Source of the DNA: Eubacteriales bacterium
Lineage (GTDB): Bacteria > Bacillota > Clostridia > Oscillospirales > CAG-382
DNA length: 64,000 nt
Assembly (NCBI GenBank): GCA_045533895.1
Contig: JAZSIT010000045.1
Location: 2,499-66,498, forward strand
Reading direction: 5' to 3'
Both the position numbers and the translations under genes were made by a program. The notes under the pieces were generated by a model, which did no database searches, was not told the origin of the DNA, and was given only the letters and a program-made list of their open reading frames with translations. Shown here in pieces: positions 35,081-44,451 of this stretch (position 1 is the stretch's first letter; every line of letters starts with the position of its first letter).

Positions 35081-37693
35081 TTATTTGTGCTTTTTAAGAA
35101 GTCCCATAGCCTTTACAAGCTCCATTACCACCAGAGGAACAAATATGAGTCCCAATGCGATGAGGTACAGATGCCAAGGCAGGTATACCAGGCCGAAAAC
35201 AACGGAAACGGGAGTGAACAGCACGATAGCCATTAAGACTATTGCGATAGCCGCCGCCTGATTGAGCTTTTTATTGCCAAAGAAGCCGATGCGGAACAGC
35301 GAACGGTCGGACCGCATATTATATGCCTGAACTATCTGGGAGAACGCCAGCACTGCGAATGCCATTGTCTGACCTGCGCTTTCGCCTGCGGCATTAAGAC
35401 CTATTGCGTATGCGGCAAGTGCAAGAGCACCGAACATTATACCCTGAAGCACTATTCTCACACCGTAGCCGTGAGCAAACAGACCTTCTGTCTTGGGTCT
35501 GGGAGGAACGTCCATAATATCCTTTTCGGTAGGCTCCATACCCAGAGCGATGGCAGGCAGACCGTCTGTAATAAGGTTTATCCAAAGAAGCTGCATTGAC
35601 ATAAAGGGGCTCTTGTGCCAGATTAGCATTGCCACGAAAACAGACACAACTTCACCGAAGTTGGTGCCCAACAGGAAGCCTACAACCTTCTTGATATTGG
35701 TGTAGATGCCTCTGCCCTCTTTTACAGCGTCAACGATAGTGGCGAAGTTATCGTCGGAAAGGGTCATATCCGATGCGCCCTTTGCAACGTCGGTACCGGT
35801 AATACCCATTGCACAGCCGATATCGGCGGCTTTAAGTGCAGGCGCGTCGTTAACGCCGTCACCGGTCATGGAAACAACATGTCCCTTCTTTTGCCAAGCC
35901 TTAACAATTCGTATCTTGTTTTCGGGAGAAACGCGGGCGTATACCGAGATATCCTCCACGCAGGCGTCAAGCTCCGCTTCGGACATACTGTCAAGCTCGG
36001 TGCCCGTAACGGCACGCTGACCGGGACGGAGTATGCCAAGCTCACGGGCGATGGCGGATGCGGTAATAATATGGTCGCCGGTTATCATAACGGGGCGTAT
36101 GCCTGCGCGCAGACAGGTTGCAACCGCCGCCTTTGCCTCGGGACGAGGCGGGTCGATCATACCCAGAATACCCATAAAGGTAAGACCGTTTTCAAGGGCT
36201 TCGGGAGTGATTTCGGCAGGAAGCTCGTCAATAACCTTATATCCCACCGCAAGCACACGGAGTGCGTCCTCGCTGAGAAGCTCGGTAAAGCGCTTGGCTT
36301 CGTCGATATTACCCTTAACGCAACGGGATGCCATTACGTCAAACGCGCCCTTTACGATTACAGTTATCTTTCCGTCGATGTTATTGACAGATGTCATAAG
36401 CTTTCTGTCAGAATCGAAGGGAATGGTAGCAAGACGGGGATAAGCGGCGTTAAGCTCCTCCTTGGACATACCGTTGTTATATGCCGCAAGGACGATAGCA
36501 GTTTCCGTAGGGTCGCCGATATGGGTGACCTTATCCGCCTCAACCAAAACAGAACCGTCACTGCACAGAGTTCCGTATGCGAGAAGCTTTTTCATATCCT
36601 CGCTGTTGGTGTGGGAGATATCCTCGGAGTTCTTCTCCCCTTCTACCCAGCCTTTTACCAAGGTCATACGGTTTTGGGTGAGAGTGCCTGTTTTATCCGA
36701 ACAAATAATAGACGCGCCGCCCAGAGTTTCTACTGCGGGGAGACGGCGGATAACAGCGTTTTTCTTTGCAAGGCGCTGTACGCCGATGGAAAGAACTATG
36801 GTTACGATTGCGGGAAGTCCCTCGGGTATTGCGGAAACGGCGAGGGAGACTGCTGTCATAAATATCTCAAGAGGGTTAAGATCATTAATAAGTCCTACGA
36901 TAAATATGACAACACATATACCGAGGGCGAGAAAACCAAGATATTTTCCCAGTTTTGCAAGCTTTTTCTGCAGAGGGGTCTGACCTTCGTCTTCGCCCGA
37001 AAGAAGGGCTGCTATTTTGCCCATCTCGGTTTCCATACCGATATTGGTTACCACTGCGGTAGCGGTACCGTAGGTAATGCTACAGCCGGAATAAACCATA
37101 TTGCTGCGGTCACCCAGAGGAGAATCCTCGCCTACCAAGGCAGACGCATCCTTTTCCGTGGGGACAGATTCGCCTGTCAAAGCAGATTCTTCGCTCTTAA
37201 GAGAGGCACTGTATATAAGGCGGGCATCTGCAGGTACGAAATCGCCTGCTTCCAGCTTGATAATATCACCGGGAACCAAGGCGGAAGCCATAACTACCTG
37301 CTCCTTACCGCTGCGGATGACTCGGGAGTGGGGCGCGGACATACTCTTTAGTGCTTCAAGAGCTTTTTCCGCCTTACTTTCCTGCATAACGCCCATAATG
37401 GCGTTTACAACAACTATAACAAGGATAAGCAACGGCTCGAAAAAGCCTTTAGCCTCCCCCTCAAGACAAGCAACGACAAAGGAAACTGCCGCCGCCGCAA
37501 GGAGAATAATAATCATAACGTCCTTAAACTGGTCAAGAAACTTAAGGAACATTCCTTTTTTCTTTTTGCCCTTCAACACGTTGGCGCCGTACTGCGCCTG
37601 ACGGGAAGCGACCTCTTCCGCCGACAGACCTGTATTAACGTCGGTCTGTAAAGCCTTAAGCGTGTCTTCGCAATTCAAATTGTGGTAATTCAT
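35081..37693 (-). CDS. Calcium-translocating P-type ATPase (P2A/P2B type)
   Basis: CSDKTGTLTQN, MITGDH, MTGDGVNDAPALKAADIG. 870 aa with 10 TM. Confidence 0.92.
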   Translation of the reverse strand: MNYHNLNCEDTLKALQTDVNTGLSAEEVASRQAQYGANVLKGKKKKGMFLKFLDQFKDVMIIILLAAAAVSFVVACLEGEAKGFFEPLLILVIVVVNAIMGVMQESKAEKALEALKSMSAPHSRVIRSGKEQVVMASALVPGDIIKLEAGDFVPADARLIYSASLKSEESALTGESVPTEKDASALVGEDSPLGDRSNMVYSGCSITYGTATAVVTNIGMETEMGKIAALLSGEDEGQTPLQKKLAKLGKYLGFLALGICVVIFIVGLINDLNPLEIFMTAVSLAVSAIPEGLPAIVTIVLSIGVQRLAKKNAVIRRLPAVETLGGASIICSDKTGTLTQNRMTLVKGWVEGEKNSEDISHTNSEDMKKLLAYGTLCSDGSVLVEADKVTHIGDPTETAIVLAAYNNGMSKEELNAAYPRLATIPFDSDRKLMTSVNNIDGKITVIVKGAFDVMASRCVKGNIDEAKRFTELLSEDALRVLAVGYKVIDELPAEITPEALENGLTFMGILGMIDPPRPEAKAAVATCLRAGIRPVMITGDHIITASAIARELGILRPGQRAVTGTELDSMSEAELDACVEDISVYARVSPENKIRIVKAWQKKGHVVSMTGDGVNDAPALKAADIGCAMGITGTDVAKGASDMTLSDDNFATIVDAVKEGRGIYTNIKKVVGFLLGTNFGEVVSVFVAMLIWHKSPFMSMQLLWINLITDGLPAIALGMEPTEKDIMDVPPRPKTEGLFAHGYGVRIVLQGIMFGALALAAYAIGLNAAGESAGQTMAFAVLAFSQIVQAYNMRSDRSLFRIGFFGNKKLNQAAAIAIVLMAIVLFTPVSVVFGLVYLPWHLYLIALGLIFVPLVVMELVKAMGLLKKHK

Positions 37694-37766
37694 TCAGCAT
37701 GTCCTTTCATGTAAGATAAGATATATATGCCAAACCTATAAAAGCTTATTGTTGTAAGTAATAGGT

Positions 37767-37795
37767 ATTATAACCTTGTTGAAGCGAAAAGTCAA
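37767..37795 (-). promoter_or_regulatory. Promoter of the P-type ATPase gene
   Basis: The minus strand reads TTGACT-17-TATAAT. Confidence 0.6.
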
Positions 37796-37865
37796 GAGCA
37801 GGCGAAAAACCGCAAAAACAAATAAAAACACACGTTTTTTTACCTATTTATTATGTATTTTGCCG

Positions 37866-37894
37866 TTGAAAAAAATGTAATTATAGAGTATAAT
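37866..37894 (+). promoter_or_regulatory. Promoter of the cation:proton antiporter gene
   Basis: TTGAAA-17-TATAAT. Its position excludes the ORF-track TTG start at 37894. Confidence 0.6.
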
Positions 37895-37932
37895 TGCACT
37901 CGTTTGATTATTTAATGAAAAGAGTGGGATTT

Positions 37933-39225
37933 ATGATAATTATATTTGAAATTGCCATTGCTCTTTTTGCAGGACTTCTTATGTCCCGTCCCGCGAAAAA
38001 GCTGGGCCTCCCTGCCGTTACGGGTTATCTCGTAGCAGGTCTTCTAATCGGTCCTTTCGTGCTGGGTCAGCTTGGCATTGAAGGATTGGGATTCACCTCT
38101 ACGGAACACGTTGAACAGCTTAGCATTATTTCCGATGTGGCGCTGGGCTTTATCGCTTTCGCTATCGGTAACGAATTCCGCGTTTCCCAGCTTAAGCAGA
38201 TAGGCAAGCAGGCAGCCGTTATCGCAGTTTTTCAGGCAATTGTTGCAACCTTGTTTGTTGATGCAGCCCTTATAGGACTCCACTTCCTTATGCCCGATAA
38301 GCTTTCTATAGCAACTGCAATCACGTTGGGCGCTATTGCAACCGCAACCGCTCCCGCCGCTACTTTGATGGTTGTCAACCAGTACAAGGCAAAGGGTAAG
38401 CTTACCGATATTCTGCTTCCCATTGTTGCTTTGGACGATGCTATCGGTCTTATTATATTCGCAATATCTTTCGGTATTGCAAAGGCACTTAACTCCGGCG
38501 CAAGCCTTAACGTATTTACTATCGCCGTTAATCCCCTTATTGAGATTATAGGTTCTCTGCTTTTAGGCGCGGTTATCGGTATACTCTTTAACTTTTCCGA
38601 AAAGTTCTTTTTCTCACGCTCCAAGCGTATGTGTATATCCATTACTTACGTATTCCTTGCAGTTGCACTTTCCATGCTTCACTTCCACATTCCCGGAACG
38701 GAATTGGAGATTGGTTTTTCTCCCCTTCTCGTGTGTATGATGCTGGGCACCGTGTTCTGCAACATGTGCGTATTTTCCGAAGAGCTTATGGCGAAGGTGG
38801 ACAGATGGACAGCTCCCCTCTTCGTTCTCTTCTTTGTAATTTCCGGCGCAGAGCTTGACCTGAGCGTATTCACCGATTGGGCGGTAATCGTTATCGGTGT
38901 TGTATATATAATCTTCAGAAGTGCAGGCAAGATCTCCGGCGCTACCGTAAGTGCAAAGTTTATGAAGTGTGACACCAGTATTCAGAAGTATCTGGGTATC
39001 ACCCTTCTTCCTCAGGCAGGCGTTGCTTTGGGTATGTCGGTTACTGTTGCGGCTGAACTGGGCGCAGACGGCGCGATAATTAGAAACATAGTTCTCTTTG
39101 CAGTGCTGGTATATGAATTGTTCGGTCCTCTTATGACCAAGATAGCTCTTACCAAGGCAGGCGATATAAAGCCCAAGGAGCTTGTGCCTGTTAAGCATGA
39201 TAAGAACGAAAAACCCGTTTGGTAG
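37933..39225 (+). CDS. Cation:proton antiporter (CPA2 / Na_H_Exchanger family)
   Basis: About 430 aa polytopic protein. MIIIFEIAIALFAGLLMSRPAKKLGLPAVTGYLVAGLLIGP is a typical N-terminus. Confidence 0.85.
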   Translation: MIIIFEIAIALFAGLLMSRPAKKLGLPAVTGYLVAGLLIGPFVLGQLGIEGLGFTSTEHVEQLSIISDVALGFIAFAIGNEFRVSQLKQIGKQAAVIAVFQAIVATLFVDAALIGLHFLMPDKLSIATAITLGAIATATAPAATLMVVNQYKAKGKLTDILLPIVALDDAIGLIIFAISFGIAKALNSGASLNVFTIAVNPLIEIIGSLLLGAVIGILFNFSEKFFFSRSKRMCISITYVFLAVALSMLHFHIPGTELEIGFSPLLVCMMLGTVFCNMCVFSEELMAKVDRWTAPLFVLFFVISGAELDLSVFTDWAVIVIGVVYIIFRSAGKISGATVSAKFMKCDTSIQKYLGITLLPQAGVALGMSVTVAAELGADGAIIRNIVLFAVLVYELFGPLMTKIALTKAGDIKPKELVPVKHDKNEKPVW

Positions 39226-39280
39226 TCGCTCGACAAAATAAAGCAGAACAAAAACGCGAAAAATTTTATAACGTAATAAA

Positions 39281-39327
39281 AAATGCGAGAGATTTTGGTT
39301 TATCTCTCGCATTTTTGTTTTGTTTTT
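39281..39327 (+). terminator. Intrinsic terminator
   Basis: AAATGCGAGAGAT-loop-ATCTCTCGCATTT followed by TTGTTTTGTTTTT. Confidence 0.8.
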
Positions 39328-39493
39328 GGTAGGAATTTGTAAAACAAATTCCTTTCTCATTTCGCGTTTTTTAGACGTTTTCGCTACGCCAGCTGTAGAT
39401 TACTACAGCACGCTTGCAAAAACGCCTTCTGCTTGATTTTGTCATCGCTCACTTCAAGACGTTGCTTTCGCTGAATTACAGACGGAGGTTTTG

Positions 39494-39522
39494 TTGATTT
39501 TTTGGGGCAAAACCGTTATAAT
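39494..39522 (+). promoter_or_regulatory. Promoter of the CD3324-like gene
   Basis: TTGATT-17-TATAAT. Confidence 0.55.
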
Positions 39523-39584
39523 CGTTTTGGGAATTGTAACGCGCGGAGAACAGTGCTATGCTGTTGTCACAGGAGGAGACAAAT

Positions 39585-40610
39585 ATGAAATACGTAAATG
39601 CAAACGATATACTTCCGAAAGAACTGCTTGACCGAATTAAGCCCTATGCGGCAGGAAAGCTTTTATACGTTCCATCAGAACAGGAGAAAAGAGCTTGGGG
39701 TGAAAAGACCGGTGCCCGTGCGGAATATTACGCCCGTAACAATGCAATACGAACAGGATTTTCAAAAGGAATGGCAGTTGAAGTGTTGGCAGACAAATAT
39801 TTTCTTACTCCCGAAACAATTAAAAAAATAATTTACGCAAAGGAGAAAGAAATGAAAGACAAACGTTTTCCCGAAATTATGTTTGATTACAAAATTACCC
39901 CCTGCGATAAGCCCGTGCCTACCATTCGTTTGAATAAACACCCCCTATACGAAACGGAATTCAAGGAAGGCGCGGCGGCAAAATTCGCGGCGTACCCCTA
40001 CCCTTACAGACGTATTGCCGATATAACCGAATCTATGGCTGTGGGAGAGACCGCCGTACACGGAGAACCGGGAATGAAATTTGAAATCATCTGCAACAAA
40101 GGTGAGCCGGAATATGAAAGACGGTACGCTGTAATCTCTCAAATAAACGGCGATATTTGCAGACATATCGCCGCAGAAACCTATGAAAACGGAAGTACCC
40201 AAATACGCACGTTTCTTGAAGGCGATGACTTTTTTGAGGACTGGGGCGGAGATATGCCGTTGGTTATAGAAAAACTCGGTTTGATAAACAAATGCGGTAA
40301 CAACATTACCTTCAGGGATGAAAATGTATATTCCGACGCAGTGGGAAGATATACGGTTACAATGAACGGAAAAGAATACGATACGGTTTTGGTAGTCAAC
40401 GTAAGCGGACATGACGCCGGCGTTGTGACCGAGGAATACTTGACTCTTGACGGAAGCAGTATTTTGTTCCGAAGATTTGACAGAGGAAATATGTCCCGCG
40501 TGCAGGGAGAAAAGTGTTTTTCCGAGTATCTGCCCGATTCGGAGCGTATTTTCGTAAACGGAGACGAATTCGTATTGTGGATAGACACCATAAGCGAAAG
40601 GGTGTGTTAA
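39585..40610 (+). CDS. CD3324-family-like N-terminal HTH domain fused to an uncharacterised domain of about 250 aa
   Basis: MKYVNANDILPKELLDRIKPYAAGKLLYVPSEQEKRAWGEKTGARAEYYARNNAIRTGFSKGMAVEVLADKYFLTPETIKKIIY matches the pattern of the about 90-aa clostridial CD3324-type proteins, as I recall it. AGGAGG RBS. Confidence 0.7.
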   Translation: MKYVNANDILPKELLDRIKPYAAGKLLYVPSEQEKRAWGEKTGARAEYYARNNAIRTGFSKGMAVEVLADKYFLTPETIKKIIYAKEKEMKDKRFPEIMFDYKITPCDKPVPTIRLNKHPLYETEFKEGAAAKFAAYPYPYRRIADITESMAVGETAVHGEPGMKFEIICNKGEPEYERRYAVISQINGDICRHIAAETYENGSTQIRTFLEGDDFFEDWGGDMPLVIEKLGLINKCGNNITFRDENVYSDAVGRYTVTMNGKEYDTVLVVNVSGHDAGVVTEEYLTLDGSSILFRRFDRGNMSRVQGEKCFSEYLPDSERIFVNGDEFVLWIDTISERVC

Positions 40611-40696
40611 CGAGTTTATTGCCCCGATTTTGAAAATATGCAACTATTGCACATTTTCCGAAAAATAATTACGCAACTTTTGCATAATATCATAAC

Positions 40697-40725
40697 AAAA
40701 AACGCCCGTTAAACGGGCGTTTTTG
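40697..40725. terminator. Bidirectional terminator
   Basis: A5-ACGCCCG-ttaaa-CGGGCGT-TTTT. Confidence 0.8.
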
Positions 40726-41409
40726 TTATTCATCCAAAACTTTGCAAAGCAAGGCGAAAAACTCGTCAAGCTCTTGTACCGTCATTCCGTTTCGGAACAT
40801 AGGACCTTCTTTTTCAAGAGTATTCTTGATATACTCGTTGCCGGAAAGCATAGAGTCCATATCGTCATTGTTCTGAATAGAAAGCAGTTCATCGGTTAAT
40901 ACAAGACAGTTTTCTTCCACAGGAATGATAAGTCCCGTTCCGGAGCGAACACCCAGAGGTCCGCTGTTTGGAGCAGAAAGCATATCTGCAAATATCAAAG
41001 CCGTATCGCCTTCCGTAACGGAATCTGCAAGTCCTTGGGGTATGAGGAAGCTTTTGTATTCGGCAATCTCTTTTGCCAAATTAAGATACGTACTGCCTAT
41101 AAACGTCTCCTCAAATACGGTGAGCACCTCCGCATCGACGAAGACATAGCCTTTAACGGCATCTGTTTGGTCTTCGGAAACCTTTCCCCATTTTACGATA
41201 ACAGCCTGCATATATCCCCACTCTGTAGTGACAGGGGGATCGTACAGCTCTGTAACGGCGCTGTTATTATCAGAAACGTCTGTACTCTGCTCTGCAGCAT
41301 CCATATCCGAAACAGTGTCGGCTGGTTGAATACCACATCCAGTAATCAATAAAACAGAAACGAGCGTTGCAACACAAATAATTATTGCCGTTATTCTTTT
41401 AATACTCAT
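40726..41409 (-). CDS. Lipoprotein, unknown function
   Basis: LLITGC lipobox. 227 aa. Confidence 0.75.
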   Translation of the reverse strand: MSIKRITAIIICVATLVSVLLITGCGIQPADTVSDMDAAEQSTDVSDNNSAVTELYDPPVTTEWGYMQAVIVKWGKVSEDQTDAVKGYVFVDAEVLTVFEETFIGSTYLNLAKEIAEYKSFLIPQGLADSVTEGDTALIFADMLSAPNSGPLGVRSGTGLIIPVEENCLVLTDELLSIQNNDDMDSMLSGNEYIKNTLEKEGPMFRNGMTVQELDEFFALLCKVLDE

Positions 41410-41457
41410 AAAAACAGTTCAAATCCTTTCTATATTAATTTTGAAAAAAATAATTAT

Positions 41458-43575
41458 TTATCCTCTCGGGGGATTCTGGTATTCCTCGAATACGGTGTAA
41501 TCTTCTACAAGCTGGATCTCATCGAGAATAAACTTGGTGCCGCTTGTAGTGGAGCCTGCGTAATTCCAGAACATATACACACCTGCGATATCGGTAAAAG
41601 GATATGCTTCGCCTGCGCTGCCTGCGCCTGCGCCTGTGCCGTAGCGATATGTAAAGTCCTTAACGGGGAACGCCATCCAGCCCTTGAAGTTCTTAACGGA
41701 GGACGCCTGCTCAAGACCGAAGCATCCGTCTGCACCGTGCTTGTAAGTAGCCCATTCGGTGCTACCTTCTGCAAGGTAATAGAACTCAAGATTAGGAACG
41801 TTATCACTCTCATCGGTGGTATAAAGGTCACCTGTAGGGGCAACCAGACCGAAGTTTGCCTTGCGGAACTCAACGTCGGTAAAATCTACCCAAACGCGGA
41901 GGTATTTGGTGGAAGGGAAGGAAGTGACGTTGTGATTCTCTGCAGTGCCGAAAACATAAAGTCCCTGATTATCTCTGCCTTCGCTCCATACAGCAAGGGC
42001 TTTGGAATTATTATAACCGCCGTTTTCCAAAAGCTCAAACTTACTGTTTGCATCCCCTGCGGAGGAGTTCCATGTGCCGACAAAAATATCGCCGTTTACG
42101 GTGCCGCCGTATACGAAGTTGTTTTCGGAAGCGGTGAGAGAGGAGGCGGAATCAAAGTTGGTAAAGGTACCCACAAAGTTCACGTTGTTAAAGGAAGAGT
42201 ATTCAACCTTTTCGCTTGCGGCAGTCCTGAACAAGCCGGTTATACATTCGCCCTTCTTTCCGAAAACGTCAACGGGATATACTTCAACCGTGTACTCCGT
42301 GTTTTCCTCAAGACCGGAAAGAACAAAGGTAAGTGTTTCGGGCATAGGCTCAAAATAATATTCGGAGAAATAGTTATATTCCTTCTTTGTGCCGTCTGCC
42401 GAAGTGCAAACTATATTATAGCTGTAAACACAGTCGTCATCGGTTGCCTGAGGGAAGGTTATCTGCGCGGTAAAAGAAGTTACGGAGCCGATGGTGATGA
42501 GTGCGTTTTCCGCAAAAGCAGGTGCTTCGGAAGCTGATGCCCGTGCATCGGTATATTTCCAGGTAGATTTATCCTTAAGGTCGTTTATCTCGTAAACAAG
42601 CTGTTTGCTTCCGTCTGCAGTCTTAAAGAAATCGTCGATAAGCAGGTTGTAAGGCATAACGCGGACGCGGTTATCCTTGGAAACCTCAACGATATAGAAC
42701 TGCGCCGCCTTGTCCGCACCCGGAGGAATAGTGCCGTAGGTCATACCCGTGGTCATCTCAAAGTACTTGAGTGTACCCGTACCGAAAAGGGTGTAATCCT
42801 TTTGATAGCAGGACGCGGGGTTGTTGATAGGACCGTGGGAATGTCCCGAGAAGTTGAGTATCTGGCTGTACTGAGAATAGATGTCATCCAGCTCCTTTGT
42901 GTGCACCGCATACCACTCGGAGCTTACGTAAACGGTATCCTTAATATGATGGTGCTGGAAGGTGATTATGGGCTTATCGGGGTCGTCAGAAGCGGCGGAA
43001 GCAAGGTTTTCCTTAAGCCAACCAAGGTCTGCGGAATAATCGCCCTCGCCATAAGTAGAAACTCCGATAAAATGATAACCGTCGATAACAACGTGCTTAT
43101 TAAGTTCGTTATCCATATTTTCGGAATAAAGCTGTTCGCCCTTATCAAGGTTATTAAGATCGCCGTAAAATTCATGGTTGCCCATTACGGTGATAACCTG
43201 AGTGCCTTCTTTGATGTTTTGGTTTACTATCTGCTTCCATGCGTCGTATTCGTATTTATAACCGTAGTTGGTAAGGTCGCCGACGGCAACAAATGCGTCG
43301 ATATCCTTATACTCCTGCTTTTCGGCATAAGCATAAGAGGACTTGAAAAGCTGTGCCAGACGGAGAGCAGATTCATCCGTAACGGCAGAGATATGGGTAT
43401 CTGACGTAACGAGAAAACGGAAGACGGTTTCAAATTCACCGTATTCCTCAACTGCGGGTGTGCTGGTTTCGGGAACGGGGACAGAGGATTCGTTGCCTGC
43501 GTCGGTGCAAGCAGACAAGATACATGTAAGTGCCAACATAATTGCTAATACCACGTTTCTTTTCATATTTTTCAC
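41458..43575 (-). CDS. Surface lipoprotein: calcineurin-like metallophosphoesterase with FN3-like and carbohydrate-binding-like C-terminal domains
   Basis: LSAC lipobox. SDTH, GDLTNYG, GNHE and GHSHG motifs. 705 aa. Confidence 0.82.
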   Translation of the reverse strand: MKNMKRNVVLAIMLALTCILSACTDAGNESSVPVPETSTPAVEEYGEFETVFRFLVTSDTHISAVTDESALRLAQLFKSSYAYAEKQEYKDIDAFVAVGDLTNYGYKYEYDAWKQIVNQNIKEGTQVITVMGNHEFYGDLNNLDKGEQLYSENMDNELNKHVVIDGYHFIGVSTYGEGDYSADLGWLKENLASAASDDPDKPIITFQHHHIKDTVYVSSEWYAVHTKELDDIYSQYSQILNFSGHSHGPINNPASCYQKDYTLFGTGTLKYFEMTTGMTYGTIPPGADKAAQFYIVEVSKDNRVRVMPYNLLIDDFFKTADGSKQLVYEINDLKDKSTWKYTDARASASEAPAFAENALITIGSVTSFTAQITFPQATDDDCVYSYNIVCTSADGTKKEYNYFSEYYFEPMPETLTFVLSGLEENTEYTVEVYPVDVFGKKGECITGLFRTAASEKVEYSSFNNVNFVGTFTNFDSASSLTASENNFVYGGTVNGDIFVGTWNSSAGDANSKFELLENGGYNNSKALAVWSEGRDNQGLYVFGTAENHNVTSFPSTKYLRVWVDFTDVEFRKANFGLVAPTGDLYTTDESDNVPNLEFYYLAEGSTEWATYKHGADGCFGLEQASSVKNFKGWMAFPVKDFTYRYGTGAGAGSAGEAYPFTDIAGVYMFWNYAGSTTSGTKFILDEIQLVEDYTVFEEYQNPPRG

Positions 43576-43591
43576 CTCATAAAAGTGTTTT

Positions 43592-44332
43592 TTATTTCAT
43601 ATCCACGAAATAATAAGGGTCTTCCTTCATTTTGTTTACCGCCGCTTTTCTTAAAGCGGAAGCGGAAACAAGGGTGCAATTCGCGTTAACGATCTTCCCT
43701 CTTTTAATATCGGGGTAGGACAAAACATTCTCAAAACGGCTGTACTTCTGGTCTGCAACAGTAGAAAAATCGTGGCCGAAAAGATACACTTCGGTCTGTT
43801 TTCCGTCATAATCCTGAAGGATATAACGGGTGCGGTGCTTATTAAGGCAGTAAGGCGCGTCTGCAATCTCCTCCATACCGTGCATAAAGGTGCAATGATC
43901 GTTAATATCACCCACCATAAGTATCTTTCCGCCCACGTCTGCAAGGATGCGGAAGGGGGAATTTTCACCTACGGGAGTTTCGTCATGCGCATGTCGGCTT
44001 GTCATTTCAACTGCGCGAAAACCCTTTGCGGCGCAGGAATGGGTGGGATGCATACTGCGCACCACATCAGGCAGTGTTAAAAACACATTCGGAAGTAAGC
44101 CTATGCAGGGAGGTGTAGTCTTTACGTCAAAAAGGGGCTGACTTTCACCTACGTTGGAATATGTAAGGGTAGGCAAAAGAAGGGTACCTTTTTCTCCAAG
44201 ATAATCGCAAAGGGCAAAAAGAAAGCTTTGGGGAGTTTCATCTGTGCCGAGGGCTTTCATGGAAGAATGCATAAGCACCGTATCTCCCGAAAGTATGCCC
44301 AAAGCCTCAAAATCCTTGCTGAAATCATACAT
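43592..44332 (-). CDS. AAC(3)-family N-acetyltransferase (aminoglycoside 3-N-acetyltransferase-like)
   Basis: LGILSGDTVLMHSSMKALG...GTLLLPT N-terminal signature. 246 aa. Confidence 0.8.
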   Translation of the reverse strand: MYDFSKDFEALGILSGDTVLMHSSMKALGTDETPQSFLFALCDYLGEKGTLLLPTLTYSNVGESQPLFDVKTTPPCIGLLPNVFLTLPDVVRSMHPTHSCAAKGFRAVEMTSRHAHDETPVGENSPFRILADVGGKILMVGDINDHCTFMHGMEEIADAPYCLNKHRTRYILQDYDGKQTEVYLFGHDFSTVADQKYSRFENVLSYPDIKRGKIVNANCTLVSASALRKAAVNKMKEDPYYFVDMK

Positions 44333-44401
44333 AGAGGTGTTGTTCCTCCTTGTTATTTATTTAATTGAATTATACTATATTAACCGCTTCGTGTCAACCT
44401 G

Positions 44402-44430
44402 TTGACAAGATGCTTTTTAACGTGTATAAT
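44402..44430 (+). promoter_or_regulatory. Promoter of the 44.4-47.3 kb operon
   Basis: TTGACA-17-TATAAT, exact consensus. The -35 is overlapped by the palindrome GTCAAC-ct-GTTGAC (44393-44406). Confidence 0.65.
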
Positions 44431-44451
44431 TTTGGTATGAGGTGATTTTGT

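Noticed and set aside
34952-35236. A 94-aa TTG-initiated ORF divergent from the XRE regulator.
   Set aside because: It crosses the palindromic terminator and continues antisense into the ATPase gene. It has no RBS.
37694-37766. A metal (yybP-ykoY-type) riboswitch upstream of the P-type ATPase.
   Set aside because: The leader is about 75 nt and AT-rich, with no recognisable conserved core.
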